Shown: positions 49,345-58,193 of the stretch, piece by piece
Numbering within the stretch: the stretch's first letter is position 1
How the letters are laid out: every line of letters begins with the position of its first letter
Assembly: GCA_963827655.1 (NCBI GenBank)
Contig: CAWHCF010000023.1
Span: forward strand, 416,001 to 480,000
DNA: 64,000 nucleotides
Direction: 5' to 3'
Origin: an uncultured Acidobacteriota bacterium
Lineage (GTDB): Bacteria > Acidobacteriota > UBA6911
Notes under the pieces: generated by a model
Seen by the model: only the letters and a program-made list of their open reading frames with translations
Databases searched by the model: none
Told to the model about the DNA's origin: nothing
Program-made: the position numbers and the translations under genes

Positions 49345-51823
49345 TCACTTTGGCTAGCTTGGCCGTGTAGTGTTCGCGCGCCTGATCGAACATCTTGCGC
49401 GCGCGCGCGCGATTGTCGCCGGGTCCGAGATTATTCCGCTCTTCCAAGTACAGCCACAAGCGATCCACCCACCGGATCATCAATTCGACGTCTTCCTTGA
49501 TCAGGGTGGGCTGCCCGCCGACATGAACATAGATGGCGCCCGACTGAGCCCGGGGTATGCCGGGCAAGATGCCGCGCGCCGGCTCACCCGTGACCCGGAC
49601 GGCAAACCAGCAACTGCTGCTTACCGCCACCTCCTTCTCCATGCGAACCGAAGTCTGCGCCGATTGCCGGCTTTCGATGACATTCCCATTCTGGATGAAC
49701 TCTACCAGGCGCAGGGGAGTCCTCGACGTCACTTCGGTAGTGAGTTTCGCGCGATAAGTCTGTCCAGCCGGGACGCGAATCTCGGAGCCGAGCGGTTGCC
49801 CGTTCACGTCGAAAGTCAGCAGCGGCCCGGTCGTGACGAAGTTGCGTCCTTCGCGGTAGCGGTCGATCCAGCGATTCCAGTTCATGCCGGACCCAACCTC
49901 CACATACTGGCGAGCGCCGCCGGGTATGCTATTGATGCCCCGCCAGTTGGTGAACACATCGGTGCCGGCTCCCGGCGCAATCTTGAAACCGCAGTTGAGA
50001 AGCCGATACCAGAGCTCGGTTGCGGCTCTGCCGAACGGCAGAATATCGATCGAATCCATGCCGCCGAGCGCCGCCGTCACCGGGCTCTCCTTGGCTCCCA
50101 GCAGGGTGTCGAAAACGTCTCCTCCTACGCCCAGCGGATGTACATAGCTGACCAGACCGCCTTGCTGCCGCGCCTCGAGCGCTGCCATTGTGTTCAATGG
50201 AAAGTCGTAAGGCGAGTCGCTTCCGATCACGCTGGTGTATGAAGGTGGAACCTGTTTTTTGATGTTCAGAAAGGCCATATGGCCCAAGGGGTCACTGTTG
50301 CGGTATTCCTGGCCCCAATACAGGATGTAGCGTTCGTTCGAAAGGGGATCTACCGAACCTCGGAAAAACTCCTTGTCGTGGATAAAAGCCCCCGCGGCGT
50401 TGGCCACAATCATGTTGGCTACGTTGAGGTCTTCGGCCTGAAGCCATCGAAGCGAGTCTGCGGGGCGCTGATAATAGCTGCCGTTGTAGTTGGCGTGAAA
50501 GTGATTCTCACCGGTGTACCAGCCGCGCTGACTCCAGTCGGTCCAGCGCTCCATCGTGAGGGTCACCTCTGCGGTAGCTCCGGGAGCAATATCAACGCTC
50601 TGTTCGGCAATGCGATACTCAATTCCCTTCTGCGCGACGATCTGGAGTCGACCGGCAGGGACCGAGAATCGTTCTTCGCCGCTTGCGACGAAGAAGCCTT
50701 CACGCTGGCCGCCTGGTTCAAGCGGATAGTAAAAAACTGAAGAGCCTGCAGACGAGTAAGCCTTGCCATCCGAAGCCCGTACGTAAAGCCTGACCGGCGT
50801 GGGTTTGCCGAGAGCGTCTTGAGTCCTGACGCGCACCTGGCCGGAAGGCTGGCGGAATTTCAAGGAATTGATCGCGACGTGCTTCTTGTCCCCTCCCGCA
50901 ATCGGCATGGTAAAGAGGTCGATGTTGCCAAGATGGTTGGATACATGAGCTATGAGTTTGCCGTCGGGCGAAACGGCGGGCGAGAACTCATCGCGTGACG
51001 TGTTGGTGATAGCCACAGGCGAACCGCCCGCGCGTGGAACCCGGTAGAGCTCGAAATCTCCCTTGCCGTTCACGACGACGGCCGAATAAACCACGTCCGA
51101 GCCGGACGGAACGGCGGCGAGCTTTTGGAGCTGCACGATGTCCTGCAGCCGATAGCGGGTGAGCGGCATCTGAATCATGATCGGAGGATTGCTGGAGGGC
51201 ATGGACCAGATCTGGGGCGCACCCAGGCGCTGGGCGGCGAAAAAGATCTCGTTCTGCTTGGGATTCCAGGCCACGTCAACCCACGGTCCGGCCGGGTTAC
51301 CTGGCAGTGGAAACTGAATCTGGGTCACCTTACCATCTGCCACGGAGATTTCGTGAAGCAGGCTGCCGCCCGGAAGCCGCAGCCCGCACACGATGCGGTT
51401 CCCGTCGGGAGACCATGTCGGCGTTCCTGCGACAGGCTGGGGAGTCGATAGTTCCCGCTCCGTTCCGGCGGTGACATCGAAGACGACCAGTTTGCCGGAG
51501 ATATTCGGGATGCGGCCCGCCGGCGCGTCCCCTCTTATGTAGGCGATTTTCGTACCGTCGGGGGACCATGCGGGATGGCCGTGATAACCCGAGGAAGTCG
51601 TCAGCTGCTCCGCGGTCCCGCCGCCGGCCGGGACGCGCCAGATGCTTCCGAAGAGCGTGAAGCCGAGCTGCGACCCATCCGGCGACCACGTAGGATCAAT
51701 CGCTCCCCAGGCGGCGGACTCGATCTTTGCAGGAGCGCTGCCTTGCCCGCGATAGAGCGCGAGTGGGAATCCGGCCAGACCGCCCAGCAGAATTACCGTC
51801 ACAAGCTTTGCCATGGTTCTCAT
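49340..51823 (-). CDS. CehA/McbA-like (PHP-fold) metallohydrolase with N-terminal TolB/PD40 repeats
   Basis: Repeated P.WSPDG; GWYTGENHFH, GQEYR, GHM, YVHP, GAGTD, GRNFVTTGP. Confidence 0.8.
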   Translation of the reverse strand: MRTMAKLVTVILLGGLAGFPLALYRGQGSAPAKIESAAWGAIDPTWSPDGSQLGFTLFGSIWRVPAGGGTAEQLTTSSGYHGHPAWSPDGTKIAYIRGDAPAGRIPNISGKLVVFDVTAGTERELSTPQPVAGTPTWSPDGNRIVCGLRLPGGSLLHEISVADGKVTQIQFPLPGNPAGPWVDVAWNPKQNEIFFAAQRLGAPQIWSMPSSNPPIMIQMPLTRYRLQDIVQLQKLAAVPSGSDVVYSAVVVNGKGDFELYRVPRAGGSPVAITNTSRDEFSPAVSPDGKLIAHVSNHLGNIDLFTMPIAGGDKKHVAINSLKFRQPSGQVRVRTQDALGKPTPVRLYVRASDGKAYSSAGSSVFYYPLEPGGQREGFFVASGEERFSVPAGRLQIVAQKGIEYRIAEQSVDIAPGATAEVTLTMERWTDWSQRGWYTGENHFHANYNGSYYQRPADSLRWLQAEDLNVANMIVANAAGAFIHDKEFFRGSVDPLSNERYILYWGQEYRNSDPLGHMAFLNIKKQVPPSYTSVIGSDSPYDFPLNTMAALEARQQGGLVSYVHPLGVGGDVFDTLLGAKESPVTAALGGMDSIDILPFGRAATELWYRLLNCGFKIAPGAGTDVFTNWRGINSIPGGARQYVEVGSGMNWNRWIDRYREGRNFVTTGPLLTFDVNGQPLGSEIRVPAGQTYRAKLTTEVTSRTPLRLVEFIQNGNVIESRQSAQTSVRMEKEVAVSSSCWFAVRVTGEPARGILPGIPRAQSGAIYVHVGGQPTLIKEDVELMIRWVDRLWLYLEERNNLGPGDNRARARKMFDQAREHYTAKLAKVN

Positions 51824-51841
51824 AAGCGTCCCGATGTTCTG

Positions 51842-53278
51842 CTACATGTTGTATCCCTCTTCGCCGTGCTGAGCGAGATCCAGACCCTGAATCTCTTGAG
51901 CTTCAGAGACACGCAGGCCGACGGTCATGTCAACTACTTTCAGGATCACCAGGCTCCCCAGCAGGGCAACCACCCACGCCACGGCCACACCCACGAATTG
52001 GTTCACAATCTGAAAAGCATTTCCATCCAGCATACCTACCGGCAGCGGGCTTCCCGAGCTGTCTTTGAATATCGGGTTTATCGCGCTGGAGGCGAAGACT
52101 CCCGTCAGCAGCGCGCCCACGGTTCCTCCGGCCCCGTGTATGCCGAAGGCATCCAGGGAGTCATCGTATCCATATCTGCCTTTCACCTTGGACACCATGA
52201 AGTAGCACAGGACTCCAGCCGCCAGGCCGATAATCAGCGCCGGCATCGGCCCGACAAATCCCGATGCAGGCGTGATGGCGACCAGGCCGGCCACGCAGCC
52301 GGAGATCGCGCCCAGGGCGCTCGGCCTGCCGTTTCGAATCCACTCGGCCCCGGCCCACCCCAGCGTTGCCGCCGCCGCGGCGAAATGAGTTACCACGAAG
52401 GCGCTGGTGGCGAGGCTGCCGGCGGCCAGGGCGCTGCCGGCATTGAAACCGAACCATCCCACCCAGAGCAAGCAGGCTCCCGTGAAACTCAAGACTACGC
52501 TGTGGGGTGGCATCGGATCCTTCGGATAGCCGAGTCGTTTCCCAAGATAAAGAGCGCATACCAGCGCGGAAACTCCGGAGCTGATATGAACCACGGTTCC
52601 TCCGGCGAAGTCGAGCGTCGGAAACAGGCCGCCGAGCGCCGCATTCAGAAGCCCCCCCTTGCCCCAGACCATGTGTGCCAGTGGATTGTAGACCAGAATG
52701 GACCACAGGATCATGAAGAGAACCATGGCGCTGAACTTCATGCGCTCGGCGAACGCGCCGGTGATCAAAGCCGGAGTGATGATGGCAAACATCAACTGGA
52801 ACACCATGAAGGTTTGCTGCGGCAGCGTGGCGGCATAATCGGGATCGGGCGCGCCGCCCACTCCCTGAAGGAACAGGTATCCCAGTCCGCCTATGAAACG
52901 GGTACCGCTATGGAAGGCAAGGCTATAGCCGAACAAAGCCCAGAGCACCGTTATGAGCGCCATGAGCGCGAAGCTTTGCATCATGGTTGCCAGAACATTT
53001 TTCTTTCGGACCAGCCCTCCATAAAAGAGCGCGAGACCCGGGCCCGTCATCAGCAGAACCAGTGCCGAACAGGTTAACACCCATGCGTTGTCGCCTGCGC
53101 TCCTGGCGTCTGCCACCTGCTGCTCGAGTTGAGCAATCTTCTCCTGGAGAGTAGAGTCGGGCACCCCGGATTGAGCTGCAGTTTGAGGCCCGTCCGCGCC
53201 CTGGCTGAAAACCGGCGTCACGGACGCACCTGCCAGCGCAATCAAACCTAGAATTCGGCACAGCGTCAAGTTTCGCAT
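51842..53278 (-). CDS. amtB: Ammonium transporter
   Basis: LVLLMTGPGLALFYGG, FQLMFAIIT, DFAGGTVVH, LWVGWFGFNAGS, AGLVAITPA, DDSLDAFGIHG; start set at ATG 53278. Confidence 0.95.
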   Translation of the reverse strand: MRNLTLCRILGLIALAGASVTPVFSQGADGPQTAAQSGVPDSTLQEKIAQLEQQVADARSAGDNAWVLTCSALVLLMTGPGLALFYGGLVRKKNVLATMMQSFALMALITVLWALFGYSLAFHSGTRFIGGLGYLFLQGVGGAPDPDYAATLPQQTFMVFQLMFAIITPALITGAFAERMKFSAMVLFMILWSILVYNPLAHMVWGKGGLLNAALGGLFPTLDFAGGTVVHISSGVSALVCALYLGKRLGYPKDPMPPHSVVLSFTGACLLWVGWFGFNAGSALAAGSLATSAFVVTHFAAAAATLGWAGAEWIRNGRPSALGAISGCVAGLVAITPASGFVGPMPALIIGLAAGVLCYFMVSKVKGRYGYDDSLDAFGIHGAGGTVGALLTGVFASSAINPIFKDSSGSPLPVGMLDGNAFQIVNQFVGVAVAWVVALLGSLVILKVVDMTVGLRVSEAQEIQGLDLAQHGEEGYNM

Positions 53279-53352
53279 ACAATTCTCACTCCGTCGCGAG
53301 ATGCTAAAGTAATTCCTCGCGCCCTTGCGTATTGCGGGTGGGTTGTGTCTTG

Positions 53353-54657
53353 CTACGTCGGTATTTCCAGTCTGATGTCTTCCACCACGATGCGGTCCCG
53401 GCCGGCGCGCTTGCCCATGTAGAGTCTTTCGTCCGCCAGTCGAACGAGCGCTGACGCAGAAGACGCCTCTTCGGGGAAAAAGGCGGCGCCGATCGTCACC
53501 GTGACACACGTGCCGGGAAAGCGCGGATCGACTTGCTCCCAGCGTTCGCTGAGATTGCGCCGGATGCGCTCCGCCGTGAGCTGGGCGAATCGAATGTCCG
53601 AGTCGGGGAGTATCAGGGCTAATTCTTCTCCGCCATACCGGCAGGCCATGTCAGACGTTCGCAGGCTGCCGAGCAGGCTGGCTCCCAGGAAAGCAAGGAC
53701 GCGATCGCCCTCGGGATGGCCGTAAGTGTCGTTGTACTCCTTGAAGTGATCGACGTCGAGCAGCATGAGAGCCAGCGGTCGGCCGCGTTCGTAAGAGTGC
53801 TTCAACTCTCGACCCAGGACGTCTTCAAAGAAAGCGCGGTTGTAGAGCCCGGTCAACGGATCGCGAACCACTCTCTGGCGCAGAGCTTCATACTTCTGCC
53901 GATAGGTCAGGATCTCGAAAATGTCCTGGATTTGCGCATGACGCCTGGGCTGAAGGTATTCGGGCTTCTCGAAGTAGCGCAGGTACAACGTAAGCACGGC
54001 GGCGTAGAAGACAGACATCAGAGTTTTTCCGACCAATCCCGAGAGAAACAGCGAGAGAAATTCAGGCTGGCCCCAGAAACTCCCGGTGGCGAAAATCAAG
54101 GTGTCAAGCACGAGTGCCAGACCCATTGAGACATAGATCCTGAGGAAGAGGAATCGGGAGATCAGCCGGCTGACCCACTCGTAGAGAATGATGACCACAA
54201 TGCCGTCGACCAGCAGCGCTGCAGTCCCCGCCAGGAGGACCCGCGGATTGTGAACCAGGAGCTCGCGCGGAAAGTTGTAAAGAATGTGCAGCCCCGGCAT
54301 GTTCATTTGCCGCGCGAAGAAGTAGGACAGCGCCTCGAGCGAAAGGTTGGCGATGGCGAGCCCGTAAATCAGCTTTCGCGCCTCCGACGCATCCTCGCGA
54401 ATGTAGATCAGTAGAAAAGCGAATAGACTTGAAGTAAACAATACGACGGAACCAGGACTGACCAGTATGCCGGGGGTCAGTTCCACGTAGAAGGAAAGGG
54501 CCAGGGTCATTTGCATCTGCTGAAACGCGCCCAGCGTGATAAAAAGCAACGAAAGCCCGAAACGCGTCCTCAAGCGGAACAGCGCAAGCAGAAGAAGCGA
54601 GACCAGGGTTGCTTCAAGCCCAAGCGTGGCAAACTGGTCGTAATTGATGAACGGCAT
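53353..54657 (-). CDS. Membrane-bound diguanylate cyclase (GGEEL) with VUT/YhhQ-like N-terminal membrane domain
   Basis: DPLTGLYNR, DVDHFK.YND.YGH..GD, RTSD I-site, RYGGEEL; about 7 TM helices; start set at ATG 54657. Confidence 0.85.
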   Translation of the reverse strand: MPFINYDQFATLGLEATLVSLLLLALFRLRTRFGLSLLFITLGAFQQMQMTLALSFYVELTPGILVSPGSVVLFTSSLFAFLLIYIREDASEARKLIYGLAIANLSLEALSYFFARQMNMPGLHILYNFPRELLVHNPRVLLAGTAALLVDGIVVIILYEWVSRLISRFLFLRIYVSMGLALVLDTLIFATGSFWGQPEFLSLFLSGLVGKTLMSVFYAAVLTLYLRYFEKPEYLQPRRHAQIQDIFEILTYRQKYEALRQRVVRDPLTGLYNRAFFEDVLGRELKHSYERGRPLALMLLDVDHFKEYNDTYGHPEGDRVLAFLGASLLGSLRTSDMACRYGGEELALILPDSDIRFAQLTAERIRRNLSERWEQVDPRFPGTCVTVTIGAAFFPEEASSASALVRLADERLYMGKRAGRDRIVVEDIRLEIPT

Positions 54658-54883
54658 GCGCCGAGGATACCACAAAAGATTCCTAGTAGTTGTTCGTGTC
54701 TTTGTGGTTAGGGCTGCGAAACAAATACCACCAGGACACGAAGACACAAAGAAACACCAGGACCCCTCCATTATTCTTGGTCTGTAACGGTTCCTGGCCA
54801 GTAACGTATTAAACTGGGTGACGCTGTCTTCCTCGCGTCTCGCCTGTTATTCTGGTCGAGCGCATGTTACCCGGAAACGATCG

Positions 54884-57800
54884 ATGTCGCAGACAAGTCT
54901 CCTCCTGACGATTATTCTTCTCGCACCCACTTCGTGGTCCCAGGGGCTAGGAACCATCCAAGGGAAGGTGGTCGACGCCAGAAATTCCCCCATACCCGCT
55001 GCCACGGTCCGGCTCTCGTCCAGCCCGCCAGGCCCTCCGCTCGAGACGCTGGCTGAGATCGACGGCACCTTTTCCTTTCCGAATCTTCCTTCCGGCACTT
55101 ACCAGCTCGTGGTGGAGATGCGCGGCTTCGAGAAGTTTGTCCGTGAGGGTGTCGAGCCTGTAGCCGAAACGACGAGCCCTTTGACAGTCACCATGCGTCG
55201 TCTCCAGCCTGCGCAGGCACCCCAGGGACCGCCCAGTCAGGGAAATCGGGCGGTCGCCGTGGAACGTACGCGTCCAGCGGAACCTCCTGCGGCCTTCGCG
55301 GAAATCGGATTGGCCGGGCTGGGAATCGGGAACGGCGCGCCCATTGTCCCTGGAGATGAGTCCGTCGTCTCGATGAGAGAGGACAACTCGGATCTTCTGG
55401 TAATCTCCGGATCTTCGACAGCCAGCCTGGCTTCCGGAGACTGGAATGACCCCGCATTCCGAGAGCGAATGATGGAGATGAGGGAGCGGATGGGCCTGGG
55501 GGGTGCGGAAGGGCCGATGTTCGGCGGCCGCGAAGGTGGCGGCGGTCGATTCGGAGAGGCCGGCGGATTCGGCGGAGGACGTCCCGGATTCCCGGGCGGG
55601 CGCGGCATGGGACGGAGACAGCCGAGATTGAACGGAAGCATCTACTCCAGCTACCGAAATTCGGTCTTCAACGCGAGGCCCTACTCGATCACGGGGAATG
55701 AAGTGACCAAACCTCTCCAGATTCAGAACAATTTCGGCGTGTCCGTAGGAGGGGCCCTTCCCTGGGGAGGACGCGCACCCGCGCGCAACCGGGGCCCGCA
55801 GCAACCCGGGATGTGGTTCTTCAGCTATGAGGGGAGCCGCAATCGCGTCCCTTTCGACGTGCTGACCACCGTCCCAACCGAACTGGAACGCGCGGGAGAC
55901 TTTTCCCGGACCAGCCTGCGCGCAGGTGTGCTGGCGGGGAGGAGTGTCACCCTCTTCGATCCGGCGTCCGGTGCATCCACGGTTTTTCCGGAAAACCGAA
56001 TTCCCGAATCGCGCATGAATCCAGCCGCCGTCTCATTGCTGGAATTTGTTCCCTTGCCCAACCTCCCGGGTTCCGTCCAGAATTTTACGATGCAACGCGG
56101 GTTGGTCAACACGTCCGATAGTTTCTCGGCCCGGCTCAATACGCGTCTCTCGACCAGGGACAATATCTTCGTCAATTATTCGACGCGTTCGGGTGATGGA
56201 ATTACCAGTCAGATCTTTCCCGGGCTCGACAGCAGTCGCGAAACGCGGTCGCAGAATGTCGTCATCGGCGGCATGCACCGCTTTCAGCCCAGGCTGATCG
56301 CGAACTACCGGATCCTTTTCAACCGGGTCCGCACTCTCAGCGTCAATTCTTTCGCCTTCAAGGAGGACGTTGCCGGCCAGCTCGGCATCCAGGGCGTTTC
56401 CCGTGAGCCGATCAATTACGGCGTTCCCACGGTCAACTTCACAAACTACGGCGACCTCCAGCTCGGCAATCCCTCGCTGACCCGCAACCAGACCCTCACG
56501 CTCGGCGGCGGTTTAAACCGAATCGGCAGCATCCACACAGTCCAGGCCGGAGGCGAGCTGAGCTGGAACCAGCGGAACAGCCAGGTTGATCCGAATGCCC
56601 GCGGCACCTTTGACTTCACGGGATTCGCCACCAGTTCCTTCGATCCGGAGGGACGCCCGGTGGCAGGAACGGGTTACGACGTGGCTGATTTTCTGCTAGG
56701 GTTTCCCTACTCGACTTCAAGGCGTTTCGGCAGCAGCATCAACTACCTTCGCAACCAGAACTTCAGTCTCTTCATGCAAGACAACTGGAGACTGCGTCCC
56801 AACGTCACCATTAACTTCGGCCTGCGGTATGAGTACATCCAGCCGTTCTACGAGAAGTACGACAAAATCGTGACTCTCGATGTTGCGCCGGGGTTCGCGG
56901 CGGTAGCGCAGGTCTTTCCCGATCAAGCCGGCCCTTACACCGGCGACTTCCCCAGGTCGCTGCTGTTCGCGGATAAAAACAACCTGGGCCCCCGGATTGG
57001 CGTTGCCTGGAAACCCAAGGCAAGTTCCAGATGGGTTCTTCGCGCCGGCTATGGCCTCTCGTACAATCCTTCGGTCTACCCCTACATCTACAGCCAGCTG
57101 GTCGGACAACCTCCATTCGCCATCGGCCAGAACATTCTGACCACTTTGACCGCTCCGCTGACTTTGCAGAACGGCTTTCCCGTGGATCCGAATGTGACCA
57201 TTCTCAATTCGTACGCCATAGATCCGTACTACCGGATTGGATATGTCCAGCAGTGGAACTTCAGCATCCAAACCCAGTTCCTGAAGCTCTACACCCTCGA
57301 CCTTGGCTATAACGCGGCCAAGGGAACGCGGCTTGATATTCTGCGCGCGCCCAATCGGGCGCCTGCCGGCGGATCGCCGATCAGCACCGAAGACAATCGC
57401 GTTATCGGCAACGCGGGCAATTTCGTTTACCAGAGTTCGGGCGCAAACTCGATCCTGCATGGCTTCCAGGCGCGTCTGAATCGGCGGTTTTCGCAGGGGT
57501 TTCGAATGGAGAACTCCTATACGCTGGCGAAGAGCATCGACAATGCCTCGGGTATCGGCGGGAGTACCTTGCTGGTGGTGCAGGATGAACGAAACATCCG
57601 CGCTGAACGCTCTCTCAGCAGCTTCGATCAGCGGCACCGGTTTCAATCGGATTTCAGTGCCGAGCTTCCCTTCGGCCAGCAAAGGCGGTTCCTTGCGGCA
57701 GCGAGTCCGCTGGTGCTCGCCGTGACATCGGGTTGGACCTTGAGCGGCAGCTACCAGCTCAGTACCGGCACCCCGTTGATGCCGCGGATTCTCGGGAATG

Positions 57801-58186
57801 TCAGCAATAACAGTGGAACGGGATCGAATGCTTCCGAGCGTCCGGATGCTACCGGGATGGCTGTCAGTCTGCCGCGCGGCGAGCGCACGACGGCGCGCTA
57901 CTTCAATACGTTGGCGTTTGCCATACCGGCCCCCGGAACCTTCGGAAACGCAGCCCGCTACAGCATCGCGGGCCCGGGGACTAACCTGTTAAGCCTCGCG
58001 GTGCGCAAGAATTTTCGCCTGGGTGACAACGGCCGGCGGCTGGAATTCCGGTGGCAGGTCTCGAATGTATTGAATCATCCCAGTTTCAGCGGCGTCGGAA
58101 CGGTGATCAATGCGCTCAGTTTCGGCCGCGTAACCGGAGCCCGTTCCATGCGCCAGATGGACTTCAATCTCCGTCTGAATTTTTGA
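54884..58186 (+). CDS. TonB-dependent receptor-like outer-membrane protein with carboxypeptidase-regulatory-like domain and Gly-rich linker
   Basis: GTIQGKVVDA, TVPTELERAGDFS, FMQDNWR..TINFGLRYEY, PRIGVAW, C-terminal LRLNF. Confidence 0.88.
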   Translation: MSQTSLLLTIILLAPTSWSQGLGTIQGKVVDARNSPIPAATVRLSSSPPGPPLETLAEIDGTFSFPNLPSGTYQLVVEMRGFEKFVREGVEPVAETTSPLTVTMRRLQPAQAPQGPPSQGNRAVAVERTRPAEPPAAFAEIGLAGLGIGNGAPIVPGDESVVSMREDNSDLLVISGSSTASLASGDWNDPAFRERMMEMRERMGLGGAEGPMFGGREGGGGRFGEAGGFGGGRPGFPGGRGMGRRQPRLNGSIYSSYRNSVFNARPYSITGNEVTKPLQIQNNFGVSVGGALPWGGRAPARNRGPQQPGMWFFSYEGSRNRVPFDVLTTVPTELERAGDFSRTSLRAGVLAGRSVTLFDPASGASTVFPENRIPESRMNPAAVSLLEFVPLPNLPGSVQNFTMQRGLVNTSDSFSARLNTRLSTRDNIFVNYSTRSGDGITSQIFPGLDSSRETRSQNVVIGGMHRFQPRLIANYRILFNRVRTLSVNSFAFKEDVAGQLGIQGVSREPINYGVPTVNFTNYGDLQLGNPSLTRNQTLTLGGGLNRIGSIHTVQAGGELSWNQRNSQVDPNARGTFDFTGFATSSFDPEGRPVAGTGYDVADFLLGFPYSTSRRFGSSINYLRNQNFSLFMQDNWRLRPNVTINFGLRYEYIQPFYEKYDKIVTLDVAPGFAAVAQVFPDQAGPYTGDFPRSLLFADKNNLGPRIGVAWKPKASSRWVLRAGYGLSYNPSVYPYIYSQLVGQPPFAIGQNILTTLTAPLTLQNGFPVDPNVTILNSYAIDPYYRIGYVQQWNFSIQTQFLKLYTLDLGYNAAKGTRLDILRAPNRAPAGGSPISTEDNRVIGNAGNFVYQSSGANSILHGFQARLNRRFSQGFRMENSYTLAKSIDNASGIGGSTLLVVQDERNIRAERSLSSFDQRHRFQSDFSAELPFGQQRRFLAAASPLVLAVTSGWTLSGSYQLSTGTPLMPRILGNVSNNSGTGSNASERPDATGMAVSLPRGERTTARYFNTLAFAIPAPGTFGNAARYSIAGPGTNLLSLAVRKNFRLGDNGRRLEFRWQVSNVLNHPSFSGVGTVINALSFGRVTGARSMRQMDFNLRLNF

Positions 58187-58193
58187 AACTGAT

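Noticed and set aside
51842-53509. amtB with a long N-terminal extension, or a glnK partner
   Set aside because: The extension overlaps the GGDEF gene and ATG 53278 gives a normal signal peptide. No PII gene is adjacent, which is not remarkable on its own.
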